Shown here: piece by piece, positions 20,785 through 28,547 of the stretch
How the letters are laid out: every line of letters begins with the position of its first letter
How positions within the stretch are numbered: position 1 is the first letter of the stretch
Assembly: GCA_965243025.1 (NCBI GenBank)
Contig: CBDETY010000003.1
Location: 1,312,001-1,376,000, forward strand
From: Candidatus Latescibacterota bacterium
GTDB taxonomy: Bacteria; Latescibacterota; UBA2968; UBA8231
DNA length: 64,000 nt
Reading direction: 5' to 3'
Translations under genes and position numbers: made by a program
Notes under the pieces: model-generated
What the model saw: only the letters and a program-made list of their open reading frames with translations
Databases searched by the model: none
Told to the model about the DNA's origin: nothing

Positions 20785-22992
20785 ATGAAAAAGCGTTCAG
20801 TGTTCCTCATGGCCTGGTTGTTGGCCGGCGCCCTGATGGCGCAGGAGAGTTTTGCCCAGACGATACCCCCCTTACCCGAAGGCGCCCTTGCCCGCCTGGG
20901 CAAAGGGGGTATCGGAGAGGGCGACCGAGGGGTGGCCTGGTCCCCCGACGGCACGCGGCTGGCGGTGGCCGGCGTGGGCATCTGGTTGTACGACGCCCGC
21001 ACTCTGTCCGAAGTCGCCTGGCTCAGAGGCGATGCGGACTATTTCCTCTCATCGGTGTCGTTCTCCCCGGATGGTCAGACTCTGGCCGGTGGCAGTGAGG
21101 ACAACACGGTCCGGTTGTGGGATGTGGAGACCGGGCAGGAACAGGCCGTCCTCCAAGGCCATTGGAGTTCGGTCACCTCGGTGTCGTTCTCCCCGGATGG
21201 TCAGATGTTGGCCAGTGGCAGTTGGGACGAGACGGTGCGGTTGTGGGAGGTGGAGACGGGGCAGGAAAAGGCCGTCCTCGAAGGCCATACGCAAGCGGTC
21301 ACCTCGGTGTCGTTCTCCTGGGATGGTCAGACCCTGGCCAGTGGCAGTTGGGACGAGACGGTGCGGTTGTGGGAGGTGGAGACGGGGCAGGAACAGGCCG
21401 TCCTCGAAGGCCATACGGGTCCGGTCTCCTCGGTGTCGTTCTCCCCGCATGGGCAGACCCTGGCCAGTGGCAGCTATTGGGACTCGTCCGTGCGGTTGTG
21501 GGATGCGGAGACCGGGCAGGAACAGGCCACCCTCCTCCATCCGGAGGGGGTCACCGCGGTGTCGTTCGACCGGGAGGGTTGGACCCTTGCCGGTGCCGGT
21601 ACTGGGGAGGGGATCATTCTAGTGTGGGAGGTGGAGACCGGCCAGGAACTGGCGTTCCTCACAGGCCCTGAGTGGGTGGATGTCACCTCGGTGTCGTTCT
21701 CCCCGGACGGTCAGACCTTGGCCAGTGGCGGTCTGGACCAGAGGGTGCGGGTGTGGGATCTGGAGACCGGGCAGGAAATGGCCGTCCTCCAAGACCATAC
21801 CGATGGGGTCAACTCGGTGTCGTTCTCCCCGGAGGGTCAAACCCTGGCCAGCGGCAACGGGGACGGGACGGTGCGGGTGTGGGATGTGGCCAACCAGGAA
21901 CAGGCCGTCCTTGAAGAGTTATACGGGGGGTGGGTCAGTTCGGTGTCGTTCTCCCCGGATGGGCAGACCCTGGCCAGCAGCCAAGGGGACCGGAGGGTGG
22001 TCCTGTTGTGGGAAGTGGAACCCTGGCAGGAAAAGGCCACTCTCTGTTGCCAGCAGTGGGAGGTCATTTCGGTGTCGTTTTCGCCGGATGGCTCGCTGCT
22101 GGCCAGTGGCCATATAGACGGAACCGTCCAATTGTGGGACATGGCCAGCGGCCAGGAACAGGCCGTCTTCGAAGGCCATACGGACTGGGTCAACTCAGTG
22201 TCGTTTTCGCCGGATGGGTCGCAGCTGGCCAGTGGCAGTCGGGACGAGACGGTGCGGTTGTGGGATGTGGAAACCGGGCAGGAACAGGCCGTCCTCCAAG
22301 GCCATACGGATTGGGTCCGGTCGGTGTCGTTTTCGCCGGATGGTCAGACCCTGGCCAGTGGCAGCAGGGATGGGGGGACCATTCGATTATGGGACGTGGC
22401 CAGCGGCCAGGGACAGGCCGTCTTCGAAGGCCATACGGATGGGGTCAACGCGGTGTCGTTTTCGCCGGATGGTCGGACCCTGGCCAGTGGCAGTGATGAC
22501 TACACGGTCCGGTTGTGGGATGTGGAGACCGGGCAGGAACAGGCCGTCCTCCAAGGCCATTCGGGGTGGGTCTCCTCGGTGTCGTTCTCCCCGGATGGTC
22601 AGATTTTGGCCAGTGGCAGTGGGGACGGCACGGTCTTGCTGTGGGACACGACGCGGTTTGTCCCCGACTCGTCCGTTCCTACTGCGGTCGCCGCAGCCGA
22701 GAGCAGCGCACCGGCGGCCAGCCGCCTGGAGCCGAATCACCCCAACCCCTTCAACGGACGCACCCGCATCTCCTATCGTCTGGCCGCATCCGGCCGGGTT
22801 CGGCTGGAAATCTGCAATGCCCTGGGACAGTCGGTGCGCACCTTGGTGGATCAGGTCCAGCCCGCCGGCGCGTATCGGGTCGTCTGGGACGCCCGCGATC
22901 AGCAGGGCGCCACGGTGGCCGCCGGAGTCTATCTGACGCGCCTGTCATTTCCGGGCGGACGGCAGACGCGCCGGCTGCTCTACCTAAAGTAG
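20785..22992 (+). CDS. Secreted WD40-repeat protein 3 (14 blades) with a divergent FlgD_ig/T9SS-type domain
   Basis: Signal peptide; 13+1 WD40 repeats; NHPNPFN...WDARD...VAAGVYL...LLYLK. Confidence 0.93.
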   Translation: MKKRSVFLMAWLLAGALMAQESFAQTIPPLPEGALARLGKGGIGEGDRGVAWSPDGTRLAVAGVGIWLYDARTLSEVAWLRGDADYFLSSVSFSPDGQTLAGGSEDNTVRLWDVETGQEQAVLQGHWSSVTSVSFSPDGQMLASGSWDETVRLWEVETGQEKAVLEGHTQAVTSVSFSWDGQTLASGSWDETVRLWEVETGQEQAVLEGHTGPVSSVSFSPHGQTLASGSYWDSSVRLWDAETGQEQATLLHPEGVTAVSFDREGWTLAGAGTGEGIILVWEVETGQELAFLTGPEWVDVTSVSFSPDGQTLASGGLDQRVRVWDLETGQEMAVLQDHTDGVNSVSFSPEGQTLASGNGDGTVRVWDVANQEQAVLEELYGGWVSSVSFSPDGQTLASSQGDRRVVLLWEVEPWQEKATLCCQQWEVISVSFSPDGSLLASGHIDGTVQLWDMASGQEQAVFEGHTDWVNSVSFSPDGSQLASGSRDETVRLWDVETGQEQAVLQGHTDWVRSVSFSPDGQTLASGSRDGGTIRLWDVASGQGQAVFEGHTDGVNAVSFSPDGRTLASGSDDYTVRLWDVETGQEQAVLQGHSGWVSSVSFSPDGQILASGSGDGTVLLWDTTRFVPDSSVPTAVAAAESSAPAASRLEPNHPNPFNGRTRISYRLAASGRVRLEICNALGQSVRTLVDQVQPAGAYRVVWDARDQQGATVAAGVYLTRLSFPGGRQTRRLLYLK

Positions 22993-23393
22993 ACCACCGG
23001 TACTCTTCAAGATCGAATCGACCACGTCTTTCCGGAAAGGACGAATCGTTGGGCAGGAAAGTAGATCACCCTGCTGCGATAAAATGCCGGAACGCCGATA
23101 TCAATTACCTCTTCTCTAACGAAGCCCTTTTCCAAGAAAAGAAGAAGGATCAGATGGCAGCTTGGGCGGACCAACTCATCATCGCTGAGCGGGCTTTACG
23201 GCTTCCAGATACGCATTTTCTGGACGAGCACGGTTTCCGCCACATTCTTTCACGATTTCCAGGTTCCGGATCCATTCCGGACAGGGATGATGAAGTCGAG
23301 GTTGAGGGAGTCTCAGCGAAAGACCCGCCCCGAAAGGTGCGTTGTGGCGACTTGGGATCTTGTTGCCATGAAGGGATGAAGATCTCCTCGTCC

Positions 23394-23583
23394 GCGAAGC
23401 TCTTGCCCGTCGGGAACCCCGCCATCATCAGGTTGATCCTTGCAGAAATTCGGTCAGCTGCGGGATTGCCTCGGGACCCTCGACACTCCGTTCCCTGAAT
23501 CTCCCGGACTCATCCGAGGCGGGAGCGACGGATCCCTTGCGAATCGTCGGCTTCTGTATTCTCCTACGGAGAATACTCCCTTT
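23394..23583 (+). repeat. Dispersed direct repeat, copy 1 (other copies 24580-24797 and 24881-24962)
   Basis: GCGAAGCTCTTGCCCGTCGGGAACCCCGCCATCATCAGG...GTTCCCTGAATCTCCCGGACTC is shared with copy 2. Confidence 0.9.
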
Positions 23584-23782
23584 ACCGTGACCGCCTGACC
23601 TCGAAATAGATCCAACTGGACAACCGGGAATCCTCCGATGGCGCATCGCCGGTTATGATTTCTCCTCCTCGTTGGGGGAACAATACCACCGCCACCCCTG
23701 TGGCGCGGTCTATTAGCCCAACGGGTGGTTCGAATCCGGGGGCGCACTTCACCCTTCTTTGGAAAAGAGGAAAAATGATCAT
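23582..23782 (-). CDS. Small hypothetical ORF
   Basis: Strong RBS AGGAGGTGA before ATG; 66 aa; no recognisable motif. Confidence 0.3.
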   Translation of the reverse strand: MIIFPLFQRRVKCAPGFEPPVGLIDRATGVAVVLFPQRGGEIITGDAPSEDSRLSSWIYFEVRRSR

Positions 23783-23881
23783 AGATTTCACCTCCTCTCC
23801 TGATTGCGGTCTGATTTCCAAAGCCGAATCACCCGAAAAGCCAATTTTCCGCTGTGAAAACCAACCCAAAGGAGGCCAGCG

Positions 23882-24307
23882 ATGGCGACGAAAGCGAGTT
23901 ATTTGCCGCTGATTCTTCTGATGGTCAGTTGCACCGATGCTCCCTTGTCCTACTCTGAAAGGGGGGAGTTGTCGGAGAAGATAGTCGGGCAATGGATATC
24001 CGAAGGCGGCTCCAGCGGGTACGAGTTCACCGACAGGGGCCGGTTCACGTTCCATGTCTGGAACAACGACGGTCCCACGGAATTCGTAGCCGGTCAGTGG
24101 TGGGTGTCCACTGAGAAGATCAAGATCCAAGCTGAAGTGCGGTGTCTCCTGAAGGGTGAAGACTATTGGGAATACGCTCTTACCGGGGGAAACAGGGGGA
24201 TCGAGTTTGACAGCTCGAAGTTCAAGGTCGGGGAAGCCGTTGCGAATTACGAGCGCAAGTCATTCGAAACACCGGCCCCCCCCGCTTGTGGGCTTGCGAA
24301 TCCCTGA
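23882..24307 (+). CDS. Putative lipoprotein (beta-rich, possibly lipocalin-like)
   Basis: AGGAGG RBS; lipobox LMVSC; IVGQW motif. Confidence 0.75.
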   Translation: MATKASYLPLILLMVSCTDAPLSYSERGELSEKIVGQWISEGGSSGYEFTDRGRFTFHVWNNDGPTEFVAGQWWVSTEKIKIQAEVRCLLKGEDYWEYALTGGNRGIEFDSSKFKVGEAVANYERKSFETPAPPACGLANP

Positions 24308-24579
24308 GTAACGGAGGGGAGACAGCTCTAATCCGGTTCCGATATGGGCGATGAAGGTGGCGCTTCCGCAGGAGCCTGTCGAGAGGAGTTCGCCGGGGTA
24401 AGCGCCCCCCTCGTGATGCGGCAGGTCTGCAAACTGGGATTCCTTCCAGCACTGACCGCACTGCCTTGTCGGTTCCTTGCCTCCGTCGACGACCTGCAGT
24501 CCCGGCTTCCTGCTATAGGCTCCGTTCGACCCGATTCGGGTATAGGAAGCCTCGGCAGGTCCCCTCGTTTTCCTTTCCG

Positions 24580-24797
24580 GCGAAGCTCTTGCCCGTCGGG
24601 AACCCCGCCATCATCAGGTGGATCCTTGCAGAAATTCGGTCAGCTGCGGGATTGCCTCGGGGCAGACCTCGCATTTGCGCACAGCCAGGACCCTCGACAC
24701 TCCGTTCCCTGAATCTCCCGGACTCCTCCGTGGCGGGAAGCGACAGGATCCCGGGAATCGTCGGCTTCCGTATTCTCCGTAGAGAATTCCCTCTTTT
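24580..24797 (+). repeat. Dispersed direct repeat, copy 2
   Basis: Near-identical to 23394-23583, with about 30 extra internal bases. Confidence 0.9.
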
Positions 24798-24880
24798 CGC
24801 CCCCAGTGTAATCTAAGCAAAAATCATGCCGGGGCTCGTTGCTTCCCGCATCGACCTTGGGCATTCACGGCCTGCCGGTT

Positions 24881-24962
24881 TTCGCCAGCTTTCGGGATGC
24901 CCTCCCCTCGTAGTTCCGGGCAGCCAGCACCCTCGGCATCCAGTTCCCTGAACCTCGCAGGC
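24881..24962 (+). repeat. Dispersed direct repeat, diverged partial copy 3
   Basis: CAGCCAGCACCCTCGGCATCCAGTTCCCTGAACCTC versus CAGCCAGGACCCTCGACACTCCGTTCCCTGAATCTC. Confidence 0.7.
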
Positions 24963-25316
24963 ACACCGATCCCGGACTGAGATCCCTCCCCGATCAGCCG
25001 GCAACCTCCTCGCCCTCCCCCTGTCCTGCCGCCCCTCCTCCGCTTCCAGAAACCAAAATTTTCCGCCGTCTTTACCGGCTTCGTTTGAACTAACGCGGAG
25101 TCGACTTGCTTTTTTAATCCAGCGGAATACACTAGAGGCACATGCAACGGGAAGCCGGCAGGATCCGCCACCGCTTCCCAGTCCCATCTGTCGGTGACAT
25201 TCCGGCAGAGTCACCATCCCACGAAACCCGAAAGGACTGCCATGGGAGCGTGAATCACACTATTTGTTGAGGGCCTGGTTTCAACACGGTACTCCACGGC
25301 CCGAAGGTCAGTAAGG

Positions 25317-26321
25317 ATGAGTAATGGTAAAAGCATCTCGTTAATCGAATTGTTCAGCATGTTTCCAGATGACGCAACCGCAGAAAAATGGTTCGAAGAA
25401 GACAGATGGGGGAAGACCGTAGACGGCCTGCCCGAATCCATATACTGCCCGCGCTGCGGCCGCTCCGACAGGATCTCGGAATGCCCCGGCCGCAAGCCCA
25501 TGCCCTACTGGTGCGGCGGCTGTCGAAAGCGCTTCAGCGTGCGCACGGAAGGGGGAATGTCCCACTCCAAGATCCCCTTGCGGAAATGGGCCATCGGCGT
25601 CCACCTGTACGAATCCAGACCGAAGGGAATCAGCGCCAGGCAGCTTGCGAGCGACCTCGACCTAGCGTATTCGTCGGCCTTGTTCATGCTGCACCGCCTC
25701 CGGGAAGCCTGGCCGGTTCCCGAACCGCTGCGCAGCAGGATGGCCGAGATAGACCAAGCCTATTTCGCCGGAGACGATGGGAACAGGCACGGCAACAAGA
25801 AGTTTCACCGGAAATGGAAGTATGGCACTACCACCGTGAACGGAGTGCGCTGCCGGGAAACCGGCAACGTGGGCCCCAAGGTGGTCCCTGACGTGACCCG
25901 CGAAACCGTGTTCCCCTGCGCAGAGGAACACGTACGCCCGGAGGGCGCCCTTTTCAGCGACAATGCCCCGACCTTTCGCGATGGTTTCGAATGGCCGGGA
26001 AGACACGAAACCGTCAACCACAAGGATGAATACGTCAGAGGAGAGGTCCATACGAACGGCATTGAATCGTTCTGGGCCAAGGCGAAGCGAACGATATACG
26101 GGACCCACCACCATGTGTCTCCCAAGTATTTTCCCCGGTACCTCAACGAGATCACAGGCAAGCACAACATCCGCAACCTGGACCCCGAGGAGCGGATAAG
26201 GTATCTGACGGCGCGGATGATGAGGAAACGGCTGACCTACCGGGATCTGCTGGCGACGGAGGTTCCTCCGACTCCCTACACTCATCACCGGTCGAAGGAA
26301 CGGGGGAAACTGTTCGAATAG
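25317..26321 (+). CDS. IS1595-family transposase, copy 2 (diverged)
   Basis: CPRC...CGGC; EIDQAYFAG, FSDN, HTNGIESFW. Confidence 0.92.
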   Translation: MSNGKSISLIELFSMFPDDATAEKWFEEDRWGKTVDGLPESIYCPRCGRSDRISECPGRKPMPYWCGGCRKRFSVRTEGGMSHSKIPLRKWAIGVHLYESRPKGISARQLASDLDLAYSSALFMLHRLREAWPVPEPLRSRMAEIDQAYFAGDDGNRHGNKKFHRKWKYGTTTVNGVRCRETGNVGPKVVPDVTRETVFPCAEEHVRPEGALFSDNAPTFRDGFEWPGRHETVNHKDEYVRGEVHTNGIESFWAKAKRTIYGTHHHVSPKYFPRYLNEITGKHNIRNLDPEERIRYLTARMMRKRLTYRDLLATEVPPTPYTHHRSKERGKLFE

Positions 26322-26514
26322 TCAGCAAGTCGACATCCCCGTTGCCGATGCCTGCCGTCTTCCGCATTGCCGGCGGAACGGGAATCGATTCTCATCTGGT
26401 CTGTGGATGGAAGGCGATCATTCCGAATGGTCGGCAAGGCGACATCCCTGCCGGCTGCCTCCCCTGTTGCGCCTGAAGCTCAGGCTGCACCCTGAGGAAT
26501 CCTCAGTCATCCTG

Positions 26515-26926
26515 CTTGCCCTCTTGTCGACCAAACGGGATGACTTCCTCCTCACCTCGGGCGACGACGGCTTTGCAGGCCCAGGGGGCTCGCGCATCCC
26601 CTCCTCGATCAGAGCGGTGGCTTCCGGTCCAAGGTGCTGACTTCAGGGGGGAGGTACCTGCGAGTCCGGATAGATCGCAGGATGCAGACTGCCTGACTTT
26701 GAGAACGCCATGATATGCCGCTGCCAGTCCCCGACTCAGATCAGGCAAGAGTCCCGGTTCCCTCCTCGATCCGAGTGGCCTTCCCGATCCGGAATCAGAT
26801 CCAGCTTGCCCCTTGCCATCTTGTCGACCAAAACGGAATGATCCTTCTCACCTCAACGACGGCTTTGTAGACCCAGGGGGCTCGCGCATCCACTCCTCGA
26901 TCAGAGTGGGGGTCGATCCATGGTGC
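26515..26926 (+). repeat. Imperfect ~120-bp direct repeats (26515-26637 and 26812-26926; partial copy 26760-26790)
   Basis: Shared TCTTGTCGACCAAA, CGACGGCTTTG, CCCAGGGGGCTCGCGCATCC, CTCCTCGATCAGAG. Confidence 0.85.
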
Positions 26927-27040
26927 CAATCTGGCAGGCTTCTCCGGTCAGCATGCAATCATGTGGAATTGCCAGCCAGTCGACATCCCCATCTCCCGGC
27001 TATACAGTGGGACAGGTGGTGTCCGTTTCTCTGCAATTTC

Positions 27041-27076
27041 TCTACTATATTATACCAGATTTTCTTTAAATTCGCG
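27041..27076 (-). promoter_or_regulatory. Extended -10 promoter-like motif pointing into the element
   Basis: Minus strand CGCGAATTTAAAGAAAATCTGGTATAATATAGTAGA with TGnTATAAT; homologous to 10510-10546. Confidence 0.6.
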
Positions 27077-27100
27077 GGTGAGATCACTAAAATTCCCTTG

Positions 27101-27122
27101 CGCAGTTATCTAGATAATTCCC
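27101..27122 (-). mobile_element. IS1595-like (ISNwi1-group style) terminal inverted repeat
   Basis: Minus strand GGGAATTATCTAGATAACTGCG, matching the ggnnatTAT end pattern; abuts a truncated CDS and marks a composition shift. Confidence 0.6.
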
Positions 27123-28305
27123 GAACGAGGAGATCTACGGAAGCTTCGTCGGCGGCCTGATGCCGCGCGAGAAGATGACCACGGGCGAGGAGTCGGCCAT
27201 GCACATCTGGCTGACCCTGATCGAGGGGGGGGCCGGCGCCATGTTCTGGCAGTACCGCCCCGAGTACATGACCTTCGAGGCTCCGGGGCTCAGCATCATG
27301 GCTCTCGACGGCGGCCCGACCGAACGCTTCGCCGCCGCGGAGCGGACGATCGCGCGGATCGATGCGGTCTCCGACCACCTGCCCCTGTCGATTCCGCGCG
27401 CCGACATGGCGATCGCCTACAGCGGCAGCAGCCACCAGGTCTTCAGCTTCAACGACGCCGACTACAAGTTCCTCCAGCATCACCGCGGCATGTACCGGGC
27501 GCTGTGGCCTCACAGCGTCGCCGTCGACCTGATCACCGCGAAGACGGACTGGTCCGGATACAGGCTGGTGTACCTGCCCGACTTCGCAGTCATGGGGGAG
27601 GAGGCCCTGGCGCGGGTCAGGGGAGTGCTCGAGCAGGAACAGGGGCCGCGTCTGCTCGCCGACGGGTATTTCGCGACGTTCGCCGGCAAGGGTCACTGGA
27701 GCTTCAGCCCACCGGAAGGACTCGGCGACCTGATCGACTGCCGCCTTGCCGACTTCGACATGGTGAACGGCCGGGACGTCGAAGCCGGGAGGAATCTCCT
27801 GGCGACGCCGTACGGGGAGTTCCCGCTGCCGGCCGGCACCTCGTACAGCATTCTCGAGCCAGGGCGCGGCATGGACGCGGTTGCCTCTATCGGAGACCGG
27901 GTGGTGGGGGTGCGGTCCCCGGATGCGCGGATGACCTGGTACGGAGTCCCGCTGGCGGCGACCGGCTCTTCCGCCGTCACCGGGCAGCCGGGAGGGCCCT
28001 CGCCGGTGCCGGTGGTCGACGAAGGGGTGGCCCTGGCGGTCGCCCGGGAAGCCGGGGTGGAGTCGCGGTTCGACATCAGCGGCGACCGCGTCGTCGCATA
28101 TCGCCGGCAGTCGAGGCGGGGCGGGTCGCTGGTGTTTCTGCTGAACCTCGAAGAGAGAACGGCGCGCACGAGGGTGCGGCTGCGCTGGAAGGTTGGAGCT
28201 GCCCGCGATCTGCTCGCGGGACAGCCGCTGGCGCTGGAAAACGGCTCCTTCGAGGTGGAGATCCCTTTCGGGGAAGTGTCGGTACTCCACTGCGCCGACG
28301 CCTGA
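27123..28305 (+). pseudogene. 5'-truncated GH42 beta-galactosidase-like gene
   Basis: The frame is open from the repeat junction (NEEIYGSFVGGLMPRE...IWLTLIEGGAGAMFWQYRPE), with an in-frame TAA at 27115 inside the repeat. The remainder resembles the GH42 trimerisation and C-terminal domains (YRLVYLP, LVFLLN). Confidence 0.65.
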
Positions 28306-28547
28306 ACCGGTGCGGGGAGCTTCCCAGGTCCGGCTAAACCCCGGCCGGCCTTTCTACCCCACCTCCTGGTGAAATTGCGTTATTCGCGGCCCCCGGGAAT
28401 GCACCGGCCGGCATTCCTGCTTCCGGCTGATGTCGCGTATTGGCGGCTTCGGGTCGGCACCGGAGTACCAACTCACTCCGGGGCCCGGGGGGATCAGACG
28501 ACGGACCCACCATGGACCCCGGGCGGCTGCAGTTGGCGCGGCCGCGG

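Larger units (their letters stand above)
10465..27122. mobile_element. Putative IS1595-associated cargo element or island; left boundary uncertain and may extend past the window start
   Basis: Two IS1595 transposases, RadC/JAB, XRE and decayed repeats; an IS1595-like terminal motif at 27101-27122 truncating a gene; inverted homologous motifs near both ends. Confidence 0.45.

Noticed and set aside
16129-22992. CRISPR array or DGR explanation for the regular repeats
   Set aside because: The repeats are in-frame WD40 coding units. There are no unique spacers, cas genes or reverse transcriptase, and I saw no adenine-specific template/variable pair.
23690-23745. tRNA-like GGTTCGAATCC
   Set aside because: The T-stem pairs for only about 3 bp, and no acceptor stem, D arm or anticodon arm can be built.
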